The notes under the pieces: generated by a model
What the model was told of the DNA's origin: nothing
Database searches by the model: none
What the model saw: only the letters and a program-made list of their open reading frames with translations
Source: Yuukianura sp. NJ FZ-2021
Lineage: Eukaryota
Assembly (NCBI GenBank): GCA_046563655.1
Contig: CM102284.1
Location: forward strand, 2,852,001-2,916,000
Direction of reading: 5' to 3'
DNA length: 64,000 bases
In this document: one piece after another, positions 50,567-64,000 of the stretch
Layout of the letters: every line of letters begins with the position of its first letter
Numbering within the stretch: position 1 is the stretch's first letter
Made by a program: the position numbers and the translations under genes

Positions 50567-51911
50567 TTAACCGACTGACAACAGGCTCCCGGCGATCCCA
50601 TTTGCAATGTTATCCAATAAAGTGAGTTTGGCTTTCTATAAATTTCCAAACATTCAACATAAAACATATATAAAACATTTGACCTATCATAAACCGTTTT
50701 ACTCACGCTTTCCATGTGGTAGAACCCTCCAATGGTAACCTTCAGCAGCGGAATGGATTTTAGTTCTTTGGAATTTTCCAAATTTTGTGCAGAAGCATGT
50801 TTTTTAATATCTTCATGAAATGCTGAAGAAATATTGAAAACGGTTGACAAGGTCATAGCGCCAGCGTACAGGACAATAACAAGAGTAAAGGTATAGAAGC
50901 AGCACATCATATACACCATAATATGGAGGGAATCACGCAGACGCACAAGACAAAATGCAACAACAAACAGACAGCCCATTAACCCCATCTTAAACCCCGG
51001 CAAAAATATGGACCCAAAAACTCTATTTTGCAACTGATTATAAAGCATCATGCAACGGTAAACATAAATTGAAGTTCCAGTTTTATAGTCATCTAGGCGT
51101 GGCCACTCCAAACTAAAAAGATATTCGTGACCAAAATACAATGCCCTTTGTAAACTAAGTTGTTAAAATTGTAAATAGATTTGTGAAGTCCGAAGATGTA
51201 GAGCTACTTACCACGCCGTCCGTAACCATGCCACCACCGTGACTACCGACGGGACAAAAATTCCGACAACTGCGACCATATCGCATAAGACGGAAATGCT
51301 GTAAACGGAAATCAGTGTAAAGTATACGGCGTATTCCACGGATGACGAAAACATTGAAAAGTTGATAAGAATGTTCTGAATTGAGCCGCCAGTTGCGCAG
51401 TTGCAGATACACGCAACAATCATAACATAAATTTTACCACGAATGGCTTTAGTAGATGGGACGCTAACAGGCAGGCAACCATTTTTGGCCCATTTCACTA
51501 ACAAAAATTCAGAAAAGTACAATTATGCTAAACCACAAAAGACATGCAAAAGTGTAATATATTTTTACTTAGTTTCTCGTTGACTGCGAAAACGTTGTTT
51601 GCGACTTGGACGATTTCATGTGGATATTTGATAAGGGTGATCCGAAACGAAAGCATGCATAATGTTGTTATAATCAAAAGCAACGCAACAATTTGGACCG
51701 CGATGACATCCGTAGTAAAAATACGAATGCAACAAAGCACCACATTTGAAATATACAGCAAAACCAGTGCAGGTAGGAATTTTCTAAAACCCGTCGCTTT
51801 AACTACTCTCACAACGTTTGACTCTTGGCAGAATTCAATTTCACTAAATTTTGATTTTGTTACTAAAGTTAAACATTTTTTGAAAAATGAGAGTTCAAAA
51901 TCGCTCAACAT
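50567..51911 (-). CDS. Probable divergent gustatory-type 7TM chemoreceptor, ~4 exons
   Basis: Hydrophobic exons at ~51911-51570, ~51490-51211, ~51113-50708 and ~50637-50567; C-terminal LKSIPLLKVTIGGFYHMES-KAKLTLLDNIANGIAGSLLS. Confidence 0.65.
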
Positions 51912-53077
51912 GATTTAGAATAAGAAGCACACTCGAACCTTATCGGAGGTAGTTTAGCCACAAAAATTGTATGACTAAAACGTTGATTTAAAGAGTAGAA
52001 TCCGCAAATGAAAACCTTGAGGCAATTTTTTGTTAGTGAGATTGAACATTTCAAATTCAATAAATTAGGCAGTTAATTACCGCAAAAATCCATCACTCGA
52101 AATCAGCTTTGCATAAATCCAACTCGAAAATATAACCTTCTGTTTCATTTTTGTGTAACTTTTTTCATACAAAATTCATTTCCCAATTTTGTTTCAATGT
52201 CAATTAACGTATATTGTAAAGTACTCAAGTTCTGCCCTGTTTTACAATTCATCTAATGTCCCTACGTGTAAACATCGATTAAATCGGAAGCTTTAGAACC
52301 CAGTTCATGCATATGTGGTTTTACTCGTTACCCAAAATAGGTTTGCCTGTTATAAAGTAGGTTACATGATCCAATTCAAAACTGAAATCCAAAAGCCTTA
52401 ATAAAGTGTTTTAAATATGGGAGCGTTGAAGGTTTGCCATAACCGTTTTTGTTGGAGCAATCACACTTACCCAAAACCGTCATTTTCTGGAATGGGTTTT
52501 TCAAGTTTCGTAAGTTAATAAACTGTTAATAAGGAAATGGTTAATGCTTGGAAAATTTAATCTTATGAAATTTCACTGAAAAAATCCACTGCCATTTACA
52601 AATTTACTCTTGTCGAGATTTTATACTTTGTGGGTTTAAAAAAAAGAAAAGAAAAATCAGTAGTGTTTCCATTTGGGAAGCACAATAACACTCTCACAAT
52701 CATTATTCGAATACAACACGAATAAAAGCAAAAGGTATTGGAAGAAGCCTCACATTACAAAAAAGTTACAACAGAAAGTTATTTACAAAATAGTTGACGA
52801 GGAACATCATTGGCGAAAGAGTTTGGTTTGCCCAAAAGTAGCAACTCAAAAGCGTATTTACATATCAGGTTTGAGTAGTACGAAGGTCATTAAGACATAT
52901 CAAGGAAACCAACTAAATTAGTACTTTATTACCTGCTGATGGCTTCAAAGCATCAACATGTCTACTGCATCTGAATTCCCCTCATTCTGCCCCAAAAGAT
53001 CGAACAGACCATCGCCAAAAAATGTTTTGAAAATTTAAACTTTAAAATCTTGCGTAACCTAACCTTAGGCGTTCGAA

Positions 53078-55209
53078 ATGGTTTTTACAGTTATAGGACT
53101 TTTTACTGTTGGAATTTTATGTTATTTGTGGTTAAGAAAATATTACTTCGAGAGGAATGGACTCAAACTACTACCAGGTAAGAATACTTTATGATAAAAT
53201 ATGAGTAATTTATTTTTTAAAAATTGGAAATGAAATGTATGGTTTATGAAGGGCCAATTGGGCTGCCTATTGTCGGTCATTTCCCGTTTTTTGGAGCGGA
53301 ACCATACAAAACGTTTTTGAAATGGAAACAAAAATATGGTCCAATTATTTCCGTCCGATTTGGAAGTTCACCGTAAGTAATTAAACGCAGTGAAACTGGA
53401 TGCCAGAATTATTGAGTCAATTCCAAGTTAATTCCCGTGGACGGCCCACTTATCAGACAGACAGACAAGGGCGATGCATAAAGTAGCCTGGACTGCCTGA
53501 TAAATAAATTTTCGAATTGAAAAAAAGCTTGAATCGATGTTAAATTTTAGCGCTGTCGTTGTGACTGACAGTAAGATGATCAAGGAGCTTCTTAACCAAT
53601 ACGCAACAGCAGATCGACCGCACAACGAAGTGATCAGCGAAATCTCTCATGGGTACAAAGGTTAGGTTCAGAAACAAAGAAACATGCCCTATGCTCTATA
53701 TTACTATAGTTAAAATAATTTTAGAAAGATTAATTTTGTATTACGTTTGCATACCTTAAAACCAAAAAAAAACAGGTCTTATTTTTGGATGTGCCGGTCC
53801 TGCAATGGAGCAACGTCAATTTATTCTAAGAAATCTACGGGATCTTGGCGTCGGGAAAAATACAATGGTATGACATCACTATAATTTTTTAACTAGGCAG
53901 TTAAATACAGAAAGTTTTTGAAAAAGAAAGCTAACCTTCGAATACGATGTTGTAACTTTTTAACTTTAAGGAGGAGAAAATCATGGACGAAGTGAAAATT
54001 TTTATGATGGAATTGGAACACGAAGTTGAGTCTATGCCACCAGGGGGAATGCCGATTCGAGTTAATAGTCGCTTCAAAGCAAACGTCGTGAATTCTTTTT
54101 GGTCGATTTTTATGAGTCGGAAATTTGAAAGAACTGATCCAAATTTTGATAGACTCATAAAAGCAGTCAGTGGGTAAACATTTAGAACAAAATTGGAAAG
54201 CTCATATCAAATCAATCATAATAGAAACTCAAAATAATTGTAATTTCTATAATCTTAGCGGCATGGATTCACCTGGAGCTTTAGGTGAAATGGCAATGTT
54301 TATGCCATGGCTGGCAAAATTAATTCCCCGCTTCTCAGGCCTTGAGGCAAGGATAAAGGGATTTCAAGCAGTTTACGATTTCGCGCAAAAGGAAATTGAT
54401 CAACACGACGAAACCAGGATTCCTCTAAATCCGCGTGATTTCACGGATGCTTACTTGGACAAGGTAGACGCCACTACAGACCCCAACTCATCATTTCACA
54501 AAAGCCGTAATTTGACACATTTTGTATAATATACTACTGTATATTTTTTATTGATATTTAATACAACTTAGGTGATTACCAACAATATATAGCCGGCGAC
54601 ATGTTTTTTGGTTCTTTGGATACTACGAGTACCGCTTTGGATTGGCTTGTGAACAGCTTAGTAAGGAATCCGGCAGTGCAGGAAAAAATCTACCAAGAAG
54701 TCACACGAGTCACGTCTCAAAATTCGCGCCTCCCGAGTTTGAGTGACCGAACTGAAATGCCGTACACTGAGGCAGTAATCCACGAAGTTCTGCGGTTTCG
54801 AACCGTTGGTCCTCTGAGTTTGCTTCATTATGCGATGGAGGACATCACAATCCAAGACTACATTATCCCCAAGGGATGGATTATTGTTTCCAATTTGTAT
54901 GGAGTTAGCCATGATCCAGAAAATTTTGAAAATCCAGACGAGTTTCTACCTGAACGATTTTTAGAAAAGGAAAATGGCTGCCAAAAAGTCAAGCGAAATG
55001 TGGAGGGTAACCTACCGTTTGGATATGGAAAACGAGCGTGTGTCGGAAAAGCTCAAGCAATGGACACACTTTTTCTTTTTACCGCGTCACTCGTTCAAAA
55101 ATTTATTTTTGAGTGTTGGTCCAATGAAATGCCGAGTGTACACATCAACCATGGAATAGTCGCCACTCCTGATCCGTTTCGTGTTAAAGTCTCTATTCGT
55201 TCAAACTAA
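53078..55209 (+). CDS. Cytochrome P450, CYP2 clan, multi-exon
   Basis: Anchor MVFTVIGLFTVGILCYLWL, LPGPIGLPIVG, I-helix FFGSLDTTS, EVLR, PERF, heme motif FGYGKRACVG. Confidence 0.93.
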
Positions 55210-56634
55210 AAAGCGTTATCAAAGCTGATATCATGTACATTTCCAAATTCGTTCATTTAGATTTTTAAAATTTTTAAAAAATTAATTGAATCAATTTTCA
55301 GTTAAGAAAAAGTAATTCTGAAGAATGTCGCAGAATCTACAACCTTAAGAAGAAATGAAAATAAGTTTCAAGCACAAATTTCAATTCAAAGCAATTCTTT
55401 CTGTAAATTTCTTAAGTGCAAAAAGCAATAAAAATAATTCGAAAAGAATGAATCAATTTGGCTAAAAACTGAAATTTTTATTGCGGCTTACTCCACATCT
55501 ATGAACAAATACAAAAGGTCAGGTTCTGTTTTTAAGCTACTTTTTTTTTCATTCAAAAGAAGTGAAGAATCGCTTTCTGGATGCTAAAACTCGAAAAATT
55601 CATTCAAAAATCGGCAGAGCATATTAAAGCCTATAATCGGGCCAAAACAACCTGCGCATGCTGAAACGACACTATTCTACGTCTGCTAGTTTCGGCTGAT
55701 GTCGGAAGAAAGCCTTATTACTTAAACTTGTACTTTCCGTTGACTTGGTCTCGTTTTAAGCGTCATCGCTGCACATAACAGCTGCTTTCTCCAGTGCAGG
55801 AGGAAAAGTGAAATCGATTTCTGCGCAGAATGCGCATTTTTCTGTTTTCGACTCTCTTCTTACGACTCGCGACCATTCGAGTGTCATATAGTCTCCACTC
55901 GTATTTATAGCACTTTCGGTTTGGGTTAGGTTATTCCTAAACCTAATTCCGTACACCCACACCCGCGTCTTCAATTTCATTCCTTGACTCCTTGTAGAAG
56001 AAATACACTCTCTCTGTGTCCAAAAGTCCACTCAATATTCGTTCTCGCCCTTTGACGTCGACCCAATACCCATTTATAATTCAGACATTCCAGCCTGGAA
56101 TTGGAGATTATGATCGTTAAATGGACTTGTTCCTCCTTAGCCTCATTGTCATCGGACTCCTTGCTGGAATTATGCTGAGTCTCTGCTACTTCACTCTCAA
56201 ACACAATTGTGCTACAAAATACAAATACAGTCAGGTACTTTCACTTATAAGGCTTGTTACGAAGCTTAAGGCAAAATACAGTTGTGAAAATTTATGCTTT
56301 CTCTCACCAGGAGGCAACAGTCTAAGCAATTCAACTAGACGTGACCGCTTTAAGCAACTTTAGCACAAAGGTAAGCAGTCAACCAATAAATCTTTGCTGA
56401 TGTTTGTAGCTAAAACTATGCCTGTACCTTGCGGACAAATATCCCAACCATTCCAGCCATTTAATTTTTATTTGACAGTTTTTCAAATAATTTAAGTTCA
56501 TTTGTCACAGTTCAAATCTTGACAACTCTGATTCTCATGTTGTTTACTGGCAACGCACTGAAATTGGTCCGCAGGGTACCCTTATGACCTTAACATACTT
56601 ACAGAAATCACCCTGTATTTTTTTTTCAAATAGA

Positions 56635-59600
56635 ATGAGGGCCCTTCAAAACGACAACTCCAAAAATGATTTTTCAGCACCCTTTACTCCAGAAGCTTTG
56701 CGTAGACAAAATACGAAGCAAACTGCACATGCGTCGACTCTAACTGGTTTTCAACACTACGGCATTCACCCTGAAAATATCAACGTCAAGAACATGAAGA
56801 ACCAATTCGTCTCTGGAAATTCCACTCCTCTCCCGTTGAAAAAAGAAAAGATGGAGTTCAACGAGCGAATGATGAAAATGGGAACTGTAGAAGGACGACC
56901 ACTTTCGTATCACGGGAAGTCACTGTGTTCCAGTGACAATAGTTGTGGAGTCAGCAATCCAACTACGAGTCCGCTCGTCATTTCTCCACTGCCGCTGCGT
57001 CGTAAGAGAGAGGGCAACGGAACGAATCATGTCACTGGAAGAACCAAGGAAGTCAGTCCTTTCCATCGCATGTCAATGCCTGTTGGAAAAGTACTCGAAA
57101 ATCGGCTCAGGAAATTCGGTAAGAACAAATTGAAGTAAAAAAAAATTCAAACATTTTTATTGGAGTAAACCCACACAACAACAAAAAGCGGAGAAAGCAG
57201 GTTTCCTGATTTTTTTTTTATAAACGAAGATGTTGGTGGTTGAAATGCGACATTGTTTTAAGTTTTTTTTTTTTTTAAATTTTAAGATTTAAGATTTGTT
57301 TTTAAGATTTAAAACATAAAACAACCTTGCGTGAAAATTTCTGAAACGCCGCTTTTGTTTTCTTTCACAGCATGAGATTTTCGAAATGGAGAATTTTTGT
57401 CTGAAGGGTTCCCCTTCCGTTTTTTTCACTGGCTTTTTTTTTTTTGAAAAGATCACACATATGTGTCACAGATGGGGATTTCTGTGCCTGAAAAAACTGG
57501 GGACATGAAACAAACCAAAAATATTTTTCAATGGCAGTAGTAATTGCATTTGTTTCTTTTATTTCTTAAGACCTCTCAGATCTTGACACAAATCTTCCAC
57601 GGATTGACCTAGAGGCTATTGAAACACATCTCAAAGTTGCTGGAGAAGATGACACAAAGGTAAGGAAACTGTTAACGGATGTATGATACAACCGCCTTAT
57701 TTCGTGTTTTCAAAAAGTGTTGAATGAAGAAAAGAATGTCGTTTGCGTTCATTTAAAGGTAACGCGCATTTGAAAAACTCTGTTTTACTTTTTACCCGCT
57801 TCGCACAACGTATCTTTCCTACACAAGACGAAACGAGTACATACTCCTGAGTTTGTTTTTTTACTCGGGCGAAATTGATGAACCGTGCGCATTTCATGCT
57901 TATTTTGCCCAAAAAACAGATTTTTCCAGGCACTGAATCAAGCGTCCAACGCTGTTGAGAAATGCTTCTATGCAGACTGTGCGTGTTGTACATACGCATG
58001 GTAGTAGCTGCTTGCTGGCTACTCGAATGACGAGAGTGCGACACGGTTAACTGAAATTCTCGAATTGTTTCAAAGATACGTTTGGCATTTGGGACTTTGT
58101 TTTTTTTTATGAACTGTGATTCTCTGAGAGACTTGATTTTTTAGCATCTTTCGTTCTGGTTCCTTAATTCCTGTACTTCCCCTTCCCCCAATCTTCTTCC
58201 ATTGGAACTTATAAAATCTTATAAACTCACTATCAACGTCTTCACTGCAGACTTCACACAAGAAGAGATCCAAGAAACCGTTTCACTTTAGCCGAAGAAC
58301 TTAAACCAAAAATAGAAGCAAGTTCCATCTCCATATTTGTTTTTATTTTTACCCACAGTGACAGTTAGCTCATTAAATTCAACTGCAAGATCTTCAGCCC
58401 AAGATTGCCTGAGTTTGCGTGTGGGTTGGTTAGATAGGCTGAAGAACATGTGTATGCGATACAGTTTGGACCCCAAGTATCGTCATTACAAGAAAGACTC
58501 CAGATTCATCTCAGACTTGTACACTTTCACTTATGACACAGCGGCGGCGCAGGATGAGCAGGAGGTGGTCAACCCGGGACTCAAAGTTTCGGTTCGTTCA
58601 GTATTGAATCTAGCATTGAGCCAATCGCATTTATCGAAACAATTAATATTTTCAAAGAACAATTTCATTTTCGGCCATATGTCGCCGTATCGCTATCGTC
58701 GTACCAAAGATTCCCGTTTAATTAAATTGGCGCGATTCAAACGTGCTATTTTTTGCATTCCCTGGCACACAATTTGGCGCTAGTGGATTTAGTTTTTCAA
58801 TTTTCGAAATTGAAAAAAAAATTGCACGAAAACCTCGGCTACACCGACTCAAAATATTTCGAGTTGCTACTTAAAACAATTGTTTTTTGGTGTAGCAGAG
58901 AAGATGTGATCGTGATGAGATCCGGCGACGTCTTGCGCTGGAATCTGACGACATACTGGAAAAGTCAAATGGTCGAAAACCAAGTCTACACTCAAGACTC
59001 CAATCCAGTAAGTACTATTAATACAAATCCTACATAACCTATAACTAAAGCACAATCTAGTCAAATTATCGTATTTTTTCCAAAACGCTAAAAAGTTCGT
59101 TAATTCGGAATTTTGCGCTGCTAGAAACCACGGTTGACTTGAGCTAGAAGTTCGAAATTGTGCCACCCTGGTTGAATAAGTAACGTGTAATACACGTATA
59201 TTTCACAGTCCTTGACATACTCATGTCCTAGTCATTAAAACGTTCAGATTTAATTTTCCAGTCATTGTTAACAGTCTGCGCAGTAAACGTACAACCAATT
59301 TGTTCTTAATAGGAGTGAGTACATATTACTCCTGTAGTTCAACGCAAGGTAAACGTGTTGCTTAAATTACGTTAGGTTTTAACCAGCTTAAATTAGCCAT
59401 CTTCAGAAACAGAATGGCGAGAAGGTAAATTTACGAAGTAACAGTTCTGGACAAAAGTTTGAGCGGGTACAATTTGATGCGGGTACCTTACTCCAATTTT
59501 GACGTCGCCGGGACGAAAAACTGAAATTCATACTTTTTAGCGTTTTGAAAAAAAAATATAATATTTCCACAAACGTACTATTATTTTAGCCCCATTTATT

Positions 59601-62600
59601 CAACTCCAATTTGGACTTTCTTATTTACATTTCAAGGTTTGAATCTCCAAATCTGTTTTATGAATGAAACAGCATCTGACAGTGAATCTCCAGGATCAGA
59701 CACAGAGGCAACTAGTAATCAGCAACCAGGAAGTTTACCAATTAATCCAAAGGTAAATTGTATTTAAACTACAAAAAACTCTACTTCCTTCCGACAATTT
59801 TAGCTTTTAGATTTTAACTGTGGAAATATTTTTACCCATAATGAAAACTGTTCTTTCCCCATAACTTGAGTTTCATAGTCTCAATTTCGGCGTGTTTGTT
59901 GGTTTTGATTAACATAAATGCAATAATATATATGAGGGGAGAATCGACTCATAAATGCACCTAACACACACAAGAACAACATGCACACACACAACCAAAT
60001 GTTACACTTTTCACACGTCTAACACTTTACACACACGTCTAAAGGTATTACTTTCCTCACACCTGTAAGACTCGCATTTCACACACCTCTAAGACTTGCA
60101 TTGCACACACCTCTAAGACTTGCATTGCACACACCTCTAAGACTTGCATTGCACACACGTCTAAGACTTGCATTGCACACCTCTAAGACTTGCATTGCAC
60201 ACACCTCTAAGACTTGCATTGCACACACCTCAAAGACTTGCATTGCACACACGTCTAAGGAATTTGATCTTCTCACACACCTCTAAGACTTTTAGTTTTT
60301 TCTCACGAGAACAACTCTCTCCGCCTACTTTTTTTGTTCGCCTCATCACGTGGACTGGGGTGGAGGAATCCACTGAATTTTGAATTTGTAAATCTCGCCT
60401 GGTCTTTCCTATTGAAATATTTTTCATTAAAGTGTTTAGTGATTTCATACAACTGAACAAACAGTAATCACTATGACTGATTCTGACGAGCTCGAACTGA
60501 TTCGCATTGTGCTCAGTTGCGTTGGAAATTGTGTTCATTTTCTAATTTGTAGCTTTCTTGCTGGTCCAGGTCAAAAGTTATGACAATTTAATTTCCTTTA
60601 AGATATAAATTCGTCAAGTGCAGTTGTTTTACTGCTGCCAAAAAACGACTGTCCAGATTCTGAAATCCTTTTGTACACTTAAAGCTTCTATATTAAAGAA
60701 TGTTTCAAGAAATTTGTAGCTTTCTTGCTGGTCCAGGTCAAAAGTTATGACAATTTAATTTCAAAGCCTACCCACTCTCGCTTAAATAAGGTTTTGAACC
60801 TTGGTAGCTTAAACCACTCACAGAAACGATGCCTATCTTAACGCCTTAAAGTAAAGATAAAGTACCGTATTTTAAGGCAAAACTGTTTTCATAAGGCTAG
60901 AACCAGTACGGCAGATATTCTATTAATTACTCTAAATTAAAGTAAATTCTAAACTATTCTATTATTTCGTAGGCAATAATTAATAAGTCGGTAACTCCAG
61001 GTACGAAAACAAACAATTTCGTACACAAATAACAGGGTCTGACCCAGCCCCTTGCAATCAGCACCCTTAGCAACCAACGCAATTTTTGTTTGTGACGTCA
61101 CCCGCTGAAAAACTACCGTAATCGTGATATTTTAACCCCATGGCATCTATGTAAACAAGATGCGGGTTGCGGGTTTCTATAGGACACTATCATTCATACG
61201 CAGAATTCCGGTATTTTTCAGCGGGTGACGTCATTTTTTTTCACATGGCAACCAAACAAACTTTCTGTCCGCACTACCTAGTAGTATTCTATTTACCTTG
61301 GGTCTGAGCAGATAAATATCTGTGTTCAAGTGGGATTCCCTCGCTGCAGACCACGGGATGAGGCGAACAAAAAAAAGTAGGCGGAGAGAGTTGTTCTCGT
61401 GTGAGAAAACTAAAAGTCTTAGAGGTGTGTGAGAAGATCAAATTCCTTAGACGTGTGTGCAATGCAAGTCTTAGAGGTGTGTGCAATGCAAGTCTTAGAT
61501 GTGTGTGCAATGCAAGTCTTAGACGTGTGTGCAATGCAAGTCTTAGAGGTGTGTGCAATGCAAGTCTTAGAGGTGTGTGAAATGCGAGTCTTACAGGTGT
61601 GAGGAAAGTAATACCTTTAGACGTGTGTGTAAAGTGTTAGACGTGTGAAAAGTGTAACATTTGGTTGTGTGTGTGCATGTTGTTCTTGTGAGTGTTAGGT
61701 GCATTTATGAGTCGATTCTCCCCTCATAAATATACACTGTTAACTCAACAGTAATGTTTGTTCATGAACATACAGGCGACTACGGATGGAGAATGGGCTG
61801 GAGGTCGCGATTTTTATATTCGGCAGGCTAAGCTACAGGCAGACGCTTGCCAAGCTCTCTCTCAAGCAAAAGACTTGGCTCGCATTCAAATGTCGCACGT
61901 AAGCCATACAAAAATAAACAAGCAGTTCAACGAACGAGGATACGAAAATAGCAAAGTAAGATAGCATCTGAACGAAGCGTTGCGTTAACGACCGATTTCA
62001 GTTGCTATGGGTTAGAGTCAGTAGTTCGCAATCGCAATTGACCCCAGAGAATTTTTTTCCCAATTCAAGTGACACGATAAAGTATGAGTAACTATTTTAC
62101 ATGTTGTGTCGTTGTAGGAAAGGGAGCGTCGACGATACTCGCTGATTACGGAAATGGTGCGAAACTCCTTGCAGAAAGTGGGAATGAATTTATCTCCCGA
62201 AAGGCGGCGTTTCAGTCGCCAGCTTCTGACAGAGATGAACGTGGCTCAGCTTCAAGTTATTGTTAATGACCTGCACAATCACATAGAAGGTATGGAATCG
62301 TTCTAGACAGTATTTTTCGAAGACGTATCGTTGGTGGTAGGTACTAAAATGTAGCAGGGGGAAGGAATCGATCCCGAACAACGTAAAATGTAAAATTGAA
62401 GGCAGATTCTTCACCTCGATGGTTAAAAGCGTCCATTAAAAAAAATTAACAAAGATGCATTTAACAAACAAAGATGGTAAGCATTTGCATCTATTCGGAA
62501 TTTGCGTGTGCTACACAGGAATACCCAACTGTCTTCGCCCATGCTAGCGAACATATCTTATCAGGGTTGCTGTAGCAAGGAAAATAAGTTTTTTTTTCAA

Positions 62601-63210
62601 CATTAGGTAAAGGTAACGGGAAAGGTAACTAAAAATGTGAAACTCTTATGTAATTTTTGCAAATCGAATAACTTCACTGGTATTCCCTCCAACGTTGTGA
62701 AATTAAAAAATTTCGGTGTACAGTTTTGACCGGCACTCACTGTATAATCGTAGCAAAGGAAGCTGCCCAAAGTGAAAAGGAATATTTTAAACCTACAAAA
62801 GCTATGTGCATTCACAATCTTCCGTCGTGCTGGTAGAACCAACTCGTCCCCAGAACAGTACAGCTCGCCGTTGTTTTTATCATGCTGAAGCTGAATGTGG
62901 CTTTTACCGTTTTGTTTTTTAGATTTGAATGAGAAGCTTGTGTCCATGCTACTGGACCGCGACGAGCTACATATGGAGCAAGACTCGATGCTTGTTGACA
63001 TCGAGGACTTGAGCAGATACCTGTAAGATTTGATATCTGATATTAATACTAGTAACTATAAAAGAAAATATACTACATAGTATGCTTTTAAAAAATCTAA
63101 TTTCAAAAAATGACGGAGTAATGATTTGTTATTTCAGAGTTGCCAAAGAAACTTCCCCGCACCAGTCGCTGCCAGTCATTCCCAAGTCACTACTTCTCGG
63201 ACGGAAATAA
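56635..63210 (+). CDS. SCHIP1: Schwannomin-interacting protein 1 homolog, multi-exon; 5' end uncertain
   Basis: Exon fragments [13 protein letters not shown] (~57594), [17 protein letters not shown] (~59639), [28 protein letters not shown] (~61809), [21 protein letters not shown] (~62226) and [33 protein letters not shown] (~62925) match the SCHIP1 C-terminal coiled coil. Confidence 0.85.
60080..60258 (+). repeat. 24-bp minisatellite, 7 copies (ACACACCTCTAAGACTTGCATTGC)
   Basis: Visible tandem array in the left TIR. Confidence 0.92.
61446..61579 (-). repeat. Same 24-bp minisatellite, 5 copies, inverted
   Basis: gcaatgcaagtcttagaggtgtgt units in the right TIR. Confidence 0.92.
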
Positions 63211-63874
63211 GGAACCATCATTCGCGTTTGCTTAATACTATTTATGATGTTTCATTAGGGTCACATTACGCACATGCCTTTATGTGCTTTCGCATTCGCA
63301 TGCTGGTGACGACTCGAATACAGAAGACTCTGTAACTTAGAAGCTGGGCAAAATACAAAATAAATTGCAATTGCACAAACGGGGTTTGGAAATTTTCCTT
63401 ACCATTGTCCTTGCAAAATCCATACATTTGCCAATATGTGCATTTGGCAATGGCAATTGGACCTCAGTGTATGGAAATTCTGATCCCCGTTTGTGCAATT
63501 GTCACTTGTTTTGTGTTTTGCCCAATTTCTAAGTTACAGAGCCTTCTATATACCCAGTGTAGCCTATAAGTTACTAATGAGTTGGCACTTTCTGAAACTA
63601 AATGTACTGCCCTTAAATAACGTAGAATTAACACACTTAACCGACTATTCTGCTTGCCTCCCGCATGAGACTTGTGACTCTAGCAAATTCATCAATTTTT
63701 GAATTCTGGGAGTAAAGATGACTACTATCAAAGCATATTAACATTGATTAAACGAACCGAAGTTTAATTTATTTCCACACATTTATCTCTTATTCGGGAT
63801 GAAGCATTTATCTAGCAAAATTGAAGATGGAGGAGTTCTTGAAGGAGTAACTCTGCATTAAACCTATATTGTAT

Positions 63875-64000
63875 TTACAACAAACTCTGCATTTCTTTCA
63901 TGAAGTCCTCATAAGCAGCATCTTTACTTGCAGTCGCTTGGGACTTCACAGGAGGATGTATTGTATTCGGCTTCCATTCCTTGTTTGGTCCATGGTCTTC
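63875..64000 (-). CDS. WBP11: 3' end of WW domain-binding protein 11 homolog (partial, runs off the window)
   Basis: Reverse frame ends ...SKDAAYEDFMKEMQSLL*, matching the conserved WBP11 C-terminus (KDDxYExFMKEMxGLL). Confidence 0.75.
   Translation of the reverse strand, partial: EDHGPNKEWKPNTIHPPVKSQATASKDAAYEDFMKEMQSLL

Larger units (their letters stand above)
59931..61728. mobile_element. Non-autonomous foldback-like DNA transposon with ~370-420 bp TIRs containing 24-bp tandem repeats, in a SCHIP1 intron
   Basis: Left arm 59931-60347 and right arm ~61357-61728 are inverted copies starting TATGAGGGGAGAATCGACTC. The TSD is ambiguous (AATATA on both sides, or a short AT-rich site if the termini are GAG...CTC). 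Confidence 0.88.

Noticed and set aside
58050-58560. Minus-strand coding-like fragment with YGDGTCFY, reminiscent of an OTU Cys motif
   Set aside because: It is interrupted by stops and has no supporting His motif; at most a decayed TE or pseudogene piece in a SCHIP1 intron.
58570-59173. Possible old MITE with CAACC(C/A)GGG termini
   Set aside because: The inverted match is short and degenerate and I found no TSD.
60080-61579. 24-bp repeats as a CRISPR array, or [14 protein letters not shown] ORFs as proteins
   Set aside because: The units are head-to-tail with no unique spacers, there are no cas genes, the context is eukaryotic, and the ORFs are by-products of the minisatellite.

Overview
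Gene-dense, AT-rich eukaryotic DNA with short GT-AG introns. The gene content (ionotropic and gustatory-type chemoreceptors, CYP2-clan P450s, SCHIP1, WBP11, several microbe-like enzymes) suggests an arthropod, plausibly a springtail-type soil hexapod; this is inference. The main feature is a 9-exon gene on the minus strand (563-14477) that I spliced by hand into one ~4110-aa open frame. It reads: long helical solenoid, complete SecA-type ATPase motor, TPR-like segment, hydrophobic Gly-rich hairpin, circularly permuted OTU-like cysteine protease, an LMVGG di-glycine motif, and a C-terminal T5orf172/GIY-YIG-like nuclease domain. This resembles a self-processing polymorphic toxin or immune effector encoded as an animal gene. 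Other unusual genes are a peptide-type GPCR fused to a ~680-aa duplicated LRR-like ectodomain, a secreted protein with two PLP-decarboxylase domains that both lack the Schiff-base lysine, two bacterial-type Endo H genes sharing an acquired intron, an intronless BBE-like flavin oxidase and a fungal-like small protein. Mobile DNA comprises two hAT-type MITEs with perfect 8-bp TSDs and a foldback element carrying minisatellites. All calls come from reading motifs by eye; no searches were run.
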